DNA of 63,028 bases, the filler included, from Reticulomyxa filosa (lineage: Eukaryota > Protista > Foraminifera), in the NCBI GenBank assembly GCA_000512085.1. It is 17 parts of 17 records of this genome, joined end to end, with 100 filler letters (N's around TTAATTAATTAA, not from the genome) between each part and the next. Parts side by side here need not be neighbours in the genome. Positions count along the whole stretch, not along the records: positions 8,929 to 19,824 come from ASPP01005852.1; positions 19,925 to 22,176 come from ASPP01020897.1; positions 22,277 to 26,603 come from ASPP01023736.1; positions 26,704 to 28,048 come from ASPP01011193.1; 13 more parts are not named here. One strand, given 5' to 3'. Within the stretch, counting starts at the first letter, position 1. Every line of letters starts with the position of its first letter. The notes beneath the pieces were generated by a model. It was given only the letters and a program-made list of their open reading frames with translations, was not told the origin of the DNA and ran no database searches. The position numbers and the translations under genes were made by a program. Positions 14,787 to 27,046 of this stretch are shown here, piece after piece.

Positions 14787-17015
14787 TTTGTTCTTGTGCT
14801 GGTGCTACAATATTAGATTCTTGTATTTTTTTGTATTTGTTTTTAGTAGAAAATATTGGACTGCAATATATATTTTCTTGTTTTGAGATCGTTGTTGATA
14901 TCTTTTAAATTTATATTTGGTTATTTTTGTTCTAAATTTGCAAAAAATTAAACTAATGAATACTAATTTCGTAAATTTCTTAATTATTTTTGTATTTTTA
15001 AAAAAAAAAGAAAAAAACGTGAAATTTGTGGGAAATATAATCCCGAAAAAGGCAAGAACTGCCAATAAAAAAAAATCATCAAAAAGAAAAGTAAATAATG
15101 CTCAAAAAACGAGCAAACAGCTAAAGTTCTTTGGATTGTGCATGGATCCAATGAATTCTCAAAAAAATCAACAAATTTTCTTTTACGAAATAAATTTTTA
15201 GCTTTTAAAAATTGTAAAAGTCAAAAACATCGCTTTAAAAAAGATGATTCCATGGCTAATCAGACAAAGCCCTTTTTCAAGGTTTGAATAAATGTTCACT
15301 TCACTTAATTGCTCTCAGTGTGTGAACATATCTTTTAAAAAATATGAGCCATTTGATAAATACATTTAAATTTATTAAGCAAGATACTTTATTATCTTAT
15401 GATTGGACACATATTTGCATCAAAATCAAAAAAATAAAAAATGCAAAATGGCGTTGTTTTGTAAAAAGACAGAATTATCAATTGAATATGTGAAAAAACA
15501 ATACTTTGAAATTTCATCAGTAAATATTGGTGATGATATTGCAATATTCAATGAATAATATCATTGATACATATTTTGTAATTTGGATGGAATGGTGATC
15601 ACATGAAATATGATTGTATAAAATTAAAAAAATGATGACATTTAAAAATACTTTGAACAGTCAACTATATTGCTGCGTTCAATATTGAGTGAAATAACAA
15701 TAATATAACTGACAGATTCTGGACTACTGGCATGATATACAAAAGTAAATCACAAATATTAGCAACATAAAGAAAATTAATATACACAACTATATGTTCA
15801 TATAAGCATTATCGCGATCCGGGTGACCTTGTAATCTTGTTTCTAAAAGTAGAAATAAGTGGAAATACGTATGTGAAACTACCAGATTCTGGAATCCTGT
15901 ATGATACATAAAAGTGGTTTTCAAAATGGATAATCTTTGGATATTGAACAAAAGCAAATTCATTAAAACATCTTTAGTTTTCTTTCTACTAAATTACAAA
16001 TAATTTCTCAAAGTCAATTACTTTGTGCAATTTGCGGGCGTAATTGTGCAGAACAAGGAGTCACTTTTTAAAATATTTCAAAAATGATACTGATTTCCTG
16101 CAAGAAACGAATTTGATACACTTGCACCAAAGTTTAGAACTATCTTTTGTTGATATATAATCAAATCAACAAGAAAGACACAAATGTTTGTCTTTGTTGT
16201 CTAAAAATTAGTTGTTTCTTACAATTTCAATCAAAATTGAAGTAAAACAAAAAATTTCAAAAAAAAAGGCATATCTCGCATTTGGTTGATTAAAAAGGAA
16301 TACCGATATAATTTGAATTGTACTTGTCTTTTTTTAAAATTTACTGACTGCATTTTATTTCACATTCTTTTTAGTTATAATAGAAAAAAGCAGTTAAAAT
16401 GGAGTGTCAAGGATAAGCGTAGTTCCCTTTTTTTTATTCTGCTTATTTGTGATCATTGTTGTTCTTTTAACTGAGAAACAGTTTTCTGTGGTCCAACAAC
16501 AATGCGCTTCCTAGAAACAGTACTTTTGCTGCAGTAAGGTTCAAATGCAAACTTATTTCTATATTACGAAACAAATCTGTTCTTTTGAATACATATAATA
16601 CTTTTTGTTGGACTAACATCACGAATACAAGATAGACTTGATATTAAATACAATGATAATACCAAAGGCATATCAATATTGAAACAAAAGACATGCTTTT
16701 TGAAAATGAATTAAATATGTTTTTGTGTGCCTTAAATGATAAAAAAAGAAAGGAATTTGTAAAGATCAAACAAAGAAGTTTTTCGTTTGTTAAATGGTTG
16801 AGGTATTTCTTTCAATGTAAACACAAATGAATAACTTTGATTTTTTGTTTAAAGAGCAATTGAATAAAAAGGGCTAGAGATTTGATTTGCATTAATTTGT
16901 TTATTTTACGAAGTAGTTTGTTCATTCAAACTTAGAATAGTTTCGAGGATCTTTTTTATTATTTCTTTCAAAAAATTAATAAATTTTGAAAAGAACAAAA
17001 CAAATTTCTTTGCAG

Positions 17016-18909
17016 TTATTTACACAATTTAGTATCAAAGAGTAATTTGACATCAGTGATAGTCATATTTCTCCAAAGATCGTCTTTTCCAGACTGATGC
17101 AAGCCATACTTGTTGTTTGGATCGCTGTCTTTGTCATGAAATTCAACCTCACACATGGCTACACCTGCATTCATCAACTTTTTTTTCTTTAGTTGTTCCC
17201 ACAGCTCATTTTTGTCTTGAGAAGGTTGTAATTTCTCTCCATCGACTTCCTCATCTCCAGCAACGTCGACGTCTTCCTTTGTTTCCTTTTCATCTTTCGA
17301 CGCACTGACATTGGAAAGTTCGGACGTATCATTGCCGGACAGATATCTTTGGAAAAAGCCCCGAAAATATAACGAGTGTCCGACACAGACAACTACATCT
17401 TCATCGATATATCTCAAGTACTGAACCAAGTCATTGTAGCGTTGTATAAGCTCTTCCTTGTCGTCAAAGAAATCCGTCCTTTTTTTTTTTGCGACAAAGA
17501 AAAAAAAAAGGGGTTAAAAGTGCAAAAAAAAGGGGGGAGCAGACAACCATATTACAAAAACTAACCACCACTTTTCAGTGGCATCATTGTAATCGACCTG
17601 AATCGACTCGATTTTATCTTTCAAATCTGGGCATTCTGCGACCGTTTGTTTCGACACCCGTTCGAACAGTGCTTTCCCGGATACATCTGCTTTTGTATCC
17701 AGACCTATTCAACGCGTGTACACAACCCCCCCCCCACCGATCTCTTCGCAATTCATATTACTTACAACTTTGTAAGGGACTACCAAACAAACCTCCCAGA
17801 TTTTTCATTTCCCTCAAATTTCGCACCAACCGAATTCCTCGTGATGTTAGCGTTGGATGATCCATCAATGTTAGAATACACGTCTTTTATGATTTGTTCC
17901 CCCCCCCCCCCCTCTCCTCGTATACGTAGCTCGTCATGTACGGATTGTTTTTTTTTTTATAAATAATAATCGAAACAAAGAAGTTCAACTTGTGTTGCTC
18001 GACAAAGAGGCGAAGTCAAAATGACTTGGGCACTTAAAAACTTTTGCAATTCAGGAGTGCTTTCTTGTTCCGATTGCTGCTTTTTCCATTTCTTGTTCAG
18101 TTCCAACGCTTGATCAACTCCGTTTGCGTTCAATGGATGATCGCACCGTTTGTACATGTCAACCAAGTTTTTATCTTCTTGTGCTTGGTTCCAATATGAC
18201 TCGCCATGTCGTATCAAAATCAATGTTTTTTTCTTCAGCTCTCCGCCTTCATGTTTTTTCAATTGGACGTACAGTTTCGGTTCCGTTGTATGTTGGGACC
18301 TCTTTGACATCTTGTTTTCCCCAAAAGGAAACAAAAAAAAAAAGGTACAGTGTGTATACGTCAAATTTCATTTGTAAACATTTTTGCTATGTGCATGTAT
18401 GCGATTTTGCTTACATTCACTGGCAGTTCCAACACTTCGTTCAATTTTGCTGAACCTATTGATAGCGTACATTGTCCAATGAAGTCATCCGATCCCACGT
18501 CATCCTCGTCATATAATGTGAACAACAATGTGTCAGTTGCAGCTGCTCGCATGCGACGGTATGCGTGCCACACCGGATTTGGACAATCAGAGCGTGTCAA
18601 TGTACGGATGCCTTTGTCATTCTAAAATCCTCAACATTAACACCCTTTTGCTTTTCTTCTTTTTCACAAACGTTGCAATTAGCTTACGCACGTACATATA
18701 CATATAGAAATAACCTTTTCATATTTTGCCTCTTTTCCTTCCTCGTAATTTTCTAAAAGTCTTATAATCACATATGGATCTGATTCACTGGTAGGATCAA
18801 GCTTGGGGACGTTTTTGGCTTCAATCACATGTAGCACATAGTCTATGCGTTCTACGTTGTTTTTGTTTGTGTTTGTGTCAGAATCTTGCGTTGACGAACA
18901 ACAGCCCAT
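17016..18909 (-). CDS. N-acylated C2-domain + histidine phosphatase (PGM-like) fusion protein
   Basis: MGCCSS start. C2 motifs LHVIEAKNVPKLDPTSESDPYV and NPVW...LYDEDDVGSDDFIG. Phosphatase motifs LILIRHGESYWN, SPLCRATQT, LREM and VCVGHS. Exons join through GT-AG introns (e.g. 17479-17565). Confidence 0.85.
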
Positions 18910-19163
18910 TGGTTATTTGTGTTAATACGTGTTAGGTTTTTTTTAGTTTGCCAAGTTTTTTTTGCAACTTGACGTTAGAATAGTCCGACAGTGCATTTGG
19001 TGTGGAGAAAGACCAATTTTCCAAATCTTAGAAAAGTTATATATGTCTTTAGATAATAGTGATGGTGTAATTTTATAATGAATTTTTGCAAAGAGAAGAA
19101 AAACTGTCGAGAAGAGCAGGAACAGCAAAGCTGACAAAAAAAAAAACTTGAATATTGAAAGAG

Positions 19164-19560
19164 ATGGGAAATACAGCCTCAGACGAAAACGCTTGGGACA
19201 AGATGAGCCCAGCTAGGCAAAATCGTGCGGCATCTTTGTTTGGGCCATTGACAAGTCAAGACACACCCGGGACCAAAAAAAACACTACCGAAACATGACA
19301 AACTACCAAAGAGTTCCATTGGTAGCAAATGACGAAGGATCGGCCAATGGGAACGAAAAGTGGGGACAAGAGTTTTCGACCCCTAAGAAAAGCGTAAAAG
19401 AAACGGGGACACCTCAATTAAGGAAATGGACAAAGATGAAGACGACAGCCAAAATCGACAGTCCAACACAGAAGCAAGTTATAAAAAAAAAAAAGATAAA
19501 AACGCAGATCCAAGTATTGCGACGCATTATGTGAACAAAAAAATATATATTGATATATAC

Positions 19561-19594
<34 letters not shown>

Positions 19595-19824
19595 CAAACT
19601 GTGTGTCTGTGTAGTTTGTAAGTTAAGTCTTGACAACATGTAAACGCAAACGAAAAAAAGACGAGCGAGCGCATCCACGTGGACTATCGGGTCCATTTAC
19701 AAACATAGTCCGTAAATGGGGAAAAGGCAACAATGATGGCTATACGGAAGCATCGAACAGAGATACGAGTGTGTCGACGACAAGTACAGCAACAGCAACA
19801 ACAGCAACAACAGCAACAACAGCA
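19164..19824 (+). CDS. 5' part of a low-complexity protein with a probable N-myristoylation start (MGNTAS)
   Basis: ATG at 19164. The reading frame is interrupted at A/G runs and ends in an ACA/GCA (T/A) repeat at the contig end. Confidence 0.4.
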
Positions 19825-19924
19825 NNNNNNNNNNNNNNNNNNNNNNNNNNNNNNNNNNNNNNNNNNNNTTAATTAATTAANNNNNNNNNNNNNNNNNNNN
19901 NNNNNNNNNNNNNNNNNNNNNNNN

Positions 19925-21963
19925 AATGTAAACAAAAATCGGCCTGCAACGAAAACGCTGACAACCAGAGTGTTTCAAGATGGGATTATTCAATTCAATG
20001 AGTCAGCAGAAAGGGTAGCGTTAGTCACTAAAAAAAAAGCCACAAATTCCTCTGGGTTGACTTTGATCACTACACAGTTTCAAGTTCAAGTTTTTTTTTT
20101 TTGGCCTTCCCCTCCCCTCTCTCTTTTTCAAAAAAGTCAAGACAATGATTGAAACAAATATGAAAAAGGAAGAAAAGTTGAAGGCATTGGAAGAGCGTCG
20201 TGAAGTGAAGATGACCGAACAAATACTCGAAAGCAAAGGAGAAAGAAAGGAAGAAGACAAACAGAACAAAAGAAAAGGAAAACAGGAACGTCCGAAGCAA
20301 GTGCAACCAATTCAAGTTGAACCTGAAGAAGAAGAAGAAGAAGAAGAAGATAATAATGATGATGATGATGATGATGATGATAATAGTGACAGCATGACAA
20401 TGTCATTAACAAGTGTAAAAACGCCAGAGGCGTTAAGTCCATGGATGATCAACGACCCATTGGTTAGTACATCTCACAAGTCATTTGGATTGGACCCCGT
20501 ATTTTCGAGGTTGGATCGCAGTCGTAACTCTTCTTTGGAAGACCTTTTGTTCGATATCGAATTGATCACCGAAGACCAAGACCAAGAACAAGAACAAGAA
20601 ACAAAAGAGAAAGAAAAAGAAAAAGAAAAAGAAAAAGAAAAAGACAAAAACAAAAACAAAAACAAAAACATAAACATAAACATAAACAAAACTAAAAACA
20701 AAGAAATAGAAAGAGAGTCAAAAGAAGATGCTCATTCTCCACCGGTTTCTCTTGCACACACTCCATTTCCCATTGCAAAGATTTTATCTCCATCGATTGC
20801 TCGATCTCCTCGTGTGTTTTTTATGTTTCTGTATCTTTCTTTTCATGTAGTTCTCACAAATGAATGTACTTTGTGTTGTTATGAAAAAAAAAAAAAAAAA
20901 GATGCGGACAGTCCTTGTTCAATAGCCTCAGATCCAAACGCGTCACCAACAACGCCGAATGAGAAAACGCGAGAACAAATGAAAAAAGTGTCAAGTGAAA
21001 TTGTCCAAGTTGGCAATGCGGATCAAATGCGTAATCGATCCAACCATAAATCGAAAAAACATCGCAGGGTTAAATCCATTCTGTTACGTCTGTGTTTTTT
21101 TTTTTTTTTATTGTGTATGTATGTATCTATTGCATTATCAACCTTCAACCATGTGTGAATGATCTCTCCTTCTCTGTTAATTTTTGTGGGGAAATTCAGA
21201 ACAGTATATGAAAAATATCCAACTGCCGCAGACTATCCCAGTCTTGCAGAATATCGCAATGAAACACTCATCGCAGATATCTTGGACAATAGCACATACG
21301 ACAAGTATCGCGATGTCATTACCAGTCCCTATCGATACACCTTGGACAATTGCATTCAATGCGCGTGCTTTTTCATTCCCGATCCAATTGGATTTCGTTT
21401 GGGGGATCCAATGTGTTATGACGTTAATTGTTTTGTTCTTTTTTTTTCTCTCTCTCTCTCTCTCTCTTCTCAATTCTTGTTATTATTATTTGTAACATTA
21501 AATTCAAATAACCCCAACAATCACACGCAGCTGTACTCCGAACTAATCGACGAATTACTACGCATTCTACACTGCAACGACAATGCCAAAAGCGAATCGC
21601 TGAGTGCAATTCGTTATCAACCCGACAAAGATTGGACCCAATTGCTCAACAAACAAGATAAACCACACGTCACTTCCAACTCCAAACCCAAGTCCAATTC
21701 CAAATCCAACTCCAATTCCAAAAAGCAATCCAAAGTCAAGCACTCCAACTCAAAAGATGACTCCAACTTCCACACGCGCAGCAAAAGTGTACAACCGCCG
21801 ACTCCAATCCCCTCTTTTCATCAGTCATCTTTGCACGTTAATCCGTCCATGCTTTCCAAAAGTGGCTTTCGTCTCACAAGACCCTCACTAGTAGTTATAT
21901 ACATATATGTATATGTATATGTTTTTGTTGATGGAATAATAAACTAACACTCCATTCTCTTGA

Positions 21964-22002
<39 letters not shown>

Positions 22003-22176
22003 TTAGCAATAATAAGCACAGTCAAGACTTGGAGGGGGTTGACGAAGAGAGCTTGCAAGACAATGAGGAACAGCTTGATTCGGAGACAAACAAGTCGTCA
22101 AAGAAAAGAGCCAAAAGACATCGCAACAAACCCCAAATCTCGCAACTGGCGACTACGATCGACTGGGGGAGCGGCA
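19925..22176 (+). CDS. Partial low-complexity protein containing a phosphagen (ATP:guanido) kinase N-terminal-like domain
   Basis: E/D/K-rich ORF 20145-21158 and ORF 21159-21947. Segment KYPTAADYPSL...YTLDNCIQ...GDPMCYD|LYSELID...LH spans intron 21423-21530. Confidence 0.65.
20573..20700 (+). repeat. Coding hexanucleotide microsatellite with drifting units
   Basis: CAAGAC/CAAGAA, then AAAGAA, then AAAAAC, then ATAAAC, encoding DQ/EQ, EK, NK and NI dipeptides. Confidence 0.8.
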
Positions 22177-22283
22177 NNNNNNNNNNNNNNNNNNNNNNNN
22201 NNNNNNNNNNNNNNNNNNNNTTAATTAATTAANNNNNNNNNNNNNNNNNNNNNNNNNNNNNNNNNNNNNNNNNNNNAAAAATT

Positions 22284-22323
<40 letters not shown>

Positions 22324-22328
22324 TGCAG

Positions 22329-23181
22329 AAACGGAAGCTGATCTTCCACATCAAGTGAAGCGAGACAACGAAAGCAGCGAGCCAGGGCCGGCATTGCGTA
22401 TGGACATGAAAAGAGACAGAATAAAAAGCAGAGGCAAACCAAAGATGGTGAAGACAAATGAGACGGAAAATGAAAGCGAAAGGCAAAAGAAGAAGCCAAT
22501 ACTAAAGCTTCGGCTGCAGAAAACCCCCCAAAAAAAAGAGACATTTGCAAGTGAAGCCATAAACGAAAGCAAAAAGAACAAAAACAAAAACAAAGATAAA
22601 GATAGGGACAAGGACAAGCAAAGAGAAAAGGAAAAAAAAGAAAGAAAAAAAGAAAAATTGCTGCCAACCCAACAATGCGTCGATGATCTTTCCAAGTGTG
22701 TTCTGTTTTATTGTTCAACTGTGTTTATCATTACTGCTGTTGAATATGATAATACATATACATATGCATACACATATATATGTATATATATATATATACC
22801 TAAATTATAATATGGTATATGCATATCAAATTATTTTAAAACCAAAAAAAAAAAAAAAAGTGTAAATGAAAAATATATGAGCGAGCAATTACGACAGTAT
22901 TTGAAAAATTTCACAAATGAAAAGTTACAACAAGACTTAAGTCTTTTGTTTACAAAGAAACCTCCAGCGATGCCAGAAAAAGTCGAAAAGATTACACCAG
23001 GTTAGAAGCTGACAAAATATTATGGCACAGACCGTTGGCCGCGTCCAGCTCTGAATATGAATACTTTGTTTTATGGAAAGTTTGGTTTCTCTCTTCTCTT
23101 TTATTTATTTCTTTATTATTATAATTATTATTATTATTTTTTTTTGGAGAAATCTCGAATTGTTGTATTCTTTTACTTTCC

Positions 23182-23226
<45 letters not shown>

Positions 23227-26200
23227 GGGACTATCTCACTTGCACAGTGAATGGGTTAGCGAAAAACGCATTGAAGAGGACGCAAACGGAATGAAGAAAT
23301 TAAAAAACTTTATGAAAAAACATCCAGCAGTATGGGATGGACGAGTGGACTTGTTTGACTCATCTTACGTGGAAGTGGACCGACTGTTAGCAGCACGTCC
23401 TGGACCGGGCTATTTGGAAGGGGACACCCGTTTTGAATATTTGGTGAAATTCACTGGACTGAATTATAGCCATAGTCGTTGGGAGTTCCCGGATGACTTT
23501 GCGGATGATAATGCGATTGTTGCTTTTCAAAAGCGCAATATGCTGCCCTCTCATTATCTATCCTCTTTTTCTTCTTCCTCCTCTTCTTCTTCTCCCTCGT
23601 CACCTTCACCGCCTTCGCTCTCGCCAACATCGTGGAAGCCGATGGGCGAAGAGGAAAACTATTTCAAAGGTGGCAATCAATTGCATCCTTGGCAACTGGA
23701 AGGAGTGAATTGGCTGCTGTTCAATTGGTATCACCATCGCGGCTCTATTTTGGCAGACGAAATGGGTTTGGGCAAAACAGTGCAAATCGTGGTGACATTG
23801 AACAAAATTGCACAAGTGTGTAGCAATCAGCCGTTTTTAATTGTCGCGCCGTTGGGCACGATTCCGCACTGGCAAAGGGAGTTCCAAACATGGACAGATC
23901 TCAACCCTGTCGTATATCAAGGCAACAAGGAAGATCGTCGTGTGTGTCATTTCTTTGAATTTCGATATCTTGACAAAGTTTATTTGTTCATTCATTTATT
24001 CATTCATTCATTCATTCATTTGAAACAAACAAACAAATAAATAAATAAATATATCATGTATATAATATAAATATATAAAAGAATGGACATCGGGTAATAC
24101 ATAAAAATGGTCCCTACAAATTCAATGTTTTATTGACAACGTTTGAATCAGTGATGTTGGAAAAAGAGCTGTCGCAAATGCATTGGAAGGTATGTATTGT
24201 AGATGAAGCGCATCGATTGAAAAACGCAGATTGCAAATTGCACCGGTTTCTATCGGGTTGCAGCATTGAGCATAAGATTCTGTTGACAGGGACACCCATT
24301 CAAAACAATATTCGCGAGCTGTGGAACTTGCTCAACTTTGTGTCGCCACACAACTTTAAAAACTTCCAAGTGTTTGACAAGTCGTTTGGACAAGACAAGT
24401 TGGAATGCGAGGAAGATGTGACCAAATTGCATCAGCTCATTAAGCCGTATTTCTTGCGACGCATGAAAGAAGACGTGGCCAAATTCATTCCAAAAAAGAA
24501 AGAGACGATTATTGAAGTGGAATTGACGCGCTTGCAAAAGCAGTACTATCGCGCCATTCTCGAAAAGAACCGCGAGTTTTTGAATCAGTCGGCATCGTCG
24601 CTGTCGGCCAAACAGGTGCCTTCGCTGATGAATATCGCAATGCAGTTGCGAAAAGTATGCAATCATCCATATCTGATCGAAGGAGTGTTTGAAAAGGCCA
24701 CGACCAATTGCAAAGACGCAAGTCAAGGCCTGGCCAAGCTGATCGAATCTTCGGGAAAGTTTGTGTTGCTAGACAAGCTGCTGCCCAAGTTGCAAGAGGG
24801 TAGGCATCGTGTGCTAATCTTTTCTCAAATGCGAATGACATTGGATTGGTTGGACGAGTATCTGCGACTTAAGAAATACCCGTTTGAACGAATCGATGGA
24901 GCCATTCGCGGCAACGAAAGACAAGCAGCGATCGATCGCTTTAGCGCGCCGCAATCAAAGGCATTCATCTTTCTGTTGACTACCAAAGCAGGAGGGATCG
25001 GTTTGAACCTGATGGCAGCTGACACGGTGATTATCTTCGACTCAGATTGGAATCCACAAAACGACATTCAAGCCATGGCCAGATGCCATCGTCTGGGACA
25101 AGACAAGCATGTGAAAGTATATCGACTAATCACGGCACGTTCGTACGAAAAGGAGATGTTCGTCAAGGCATCCAAAAAGCTCGGACTGGACAAGGCGATA
25201 ATGGGCTCGATGACCAATGAGCCCAGCAGCTCCTTTCTGCATGCCGCTGCCGCCGTCGCCGCAGGAGCCGGTGATCAAAGACACAAAGTGTCTGCCGAAG
25301 AGATCAATGGATGGCTCAAATATGGAGCTTACGATGTGTTTCGAGATGATGACACGCAGGCCGATAAGTTTTGTGCGGCAGACATTGACCAGATCTTGGA
25401 AGAGCATGCCACCGATGTCGTATTCGACGAGGGCAGTGGGGAAAACACATTCAGCAAGGCTACATTTGTTTCCAGCGATGCCGCCGCCGGCGTGGATATC
25501 AACGACCGCGACTTTTGGGAAAAGGTGCTCCCCGCCGAACTCAACCTCGAAGAAATGCTACAACAGCTGACCAATCGCGATTTCGCTGACTACTCGGACC
25601 AATTGGAACAGTTTTGGCAACGACTCAACGAGCAGGTGTTGGAGGTGATTGAATTGAGACAAAAGGGGCAACTGAGTGACAGGGGCAATGCCATCCTTTC
25701 GTTGCTCAGTCAGGTGGTGGATCACAGCAAATGGTTCAATCCGCAGCAAAGGGCTCAGGCGCAGGAGTGGCAGGAGTTTATACAAAATCCTCGGCGCTTT
25801 TTGCGCAATCAAAAGAAGAAACAAGATCACAAAGCCGGGTCGACAGATCCTTACGTGTATTTGGAAGAGAGTGAAGCAAATAGTCCATTGAAGACAAACG
25901 TATTTGGTAATCGCACTTGGTCCAAACCTCTTTGCGATGCCGTGTTTGAGGCTCTCTTCTCCGTATTCGCCACTGCCTTAAACGGACCCGATTTTTGGAA
26001 CAAAGTGTATGCGCAAATCAAACTGAAGAAAAAACGATCGCTACGTGAAGTGTGCGCGTGGTGCATTGCCTGCTTACAACACTTGTCTGAAAAAGCCATC
26101 GACAAAGACGACCAACACGTCTTTGCCAAAGTAAGGAAACTCGTTCAAAAGGATGTCCCTGCCTCCTTTTCCAACCACATTGAATACACCAACAGCGGCG

Positions 26201-26603
26201 AAAGCGACGAAGAATATAATCCCTCCCATCGTCGCGTCAAACATGTGAATCCGAGGGCCGTTCAACCCAAAGACTTTCCATCGTTAGACGAACCTTTTTT
26301 CGCAAGCATGGTACTGAGTCATTCCGGTAGATGGGCCAAAGTCTTTCGCTTGGCTTTGAAACTCCGCAAGTACTTGAAAGTTGTCGCCGTCGAACATCAC
26401 CACGACTTGGACGACAAACTGGCCTTGCCCGATCATGTGCAAGGAGAACCCCCGCCCACCAGCTGGTGGACGCAAGATGAAGACAAGGCGCTCGTCATTG
26501 GCGCCTCTCGCCACGGTGTTGGGAACTGGGAGGCCATTCGCATGGATGATCAACTCCCTTTTATGAAAAAGTGTTTAGAAGCGGCCAAATCAGAAACAAG
26601 TTT
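22329..26603 (+). CDS. CHD: Chromodomain-helicase-DNA-binding (CHD, SNF2 family) remodeller, partial; CHD6-9-like architecture
   Basis: Two chromodomains (EYFVLWK|GLSHLHSEW; YLVKFTGLNYSHSRWE), ILADEMGLGKT, DEAH, SDWNPQNDIQAMARCHRLGQ, FSKATF, and a SANT/SLIDE-like WWTQDEDKALVIG. Introns 22696-22860, 23080-23227, 23978-24081. Confidence 0.96.
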
Positions 26604-26703
26604 NNNNNNNNNNNNNNNNNNNNNNNNNNNNNNNNNNNNNNNNNNNNTTAATTAATTAANNNNNNNNNNNNNNNNNNNNNNNNNNNNNNNNNNNNNNNNN
26701 NNN

Positions 26704-27046
26704 ACCGCCGTCCACGCGATCGATGGTGCGAGTAGGTTCCAAGCATGAGGTTGTCCAGAACGCTCATCTCGCCAAAGAGTTCGCGCCCCTCCGGCACCAG
26801 ACTTATGCCGAGGTGGACCCTGTCTTCGACTGCCATCGTCGACAGATCCTGTCCGTCGAAGAGAACCCTTCCCTGGGACGGAAGAACACCCATCAGCGAA
26901 TTCAAAAGCGTACTCTTGCCAGCGCCGTTCGGCCCTATCACCGTAACGATCTGCTCGTGCGCCACGCTGAGCGAGACTTCCTGGACGGCCGTCACCTTGC
27001 CGTATGCCACGGACACGCTCTCCACGCTGAGTAACGGCTGCGCCAT
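26704..27046 (-). CDS. livF: Bacterial branched-chain amino-acid ABC transporter ATPase (LivF-type), 3' truncated
   Basis: Walker A GPNGAGKST, LVPEGRELFGEMSVLDNL. Its ATG overlaps the upstream TGA (TGATG, 27048-27044). GC-rich, no introns. Confidence 0.88.
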
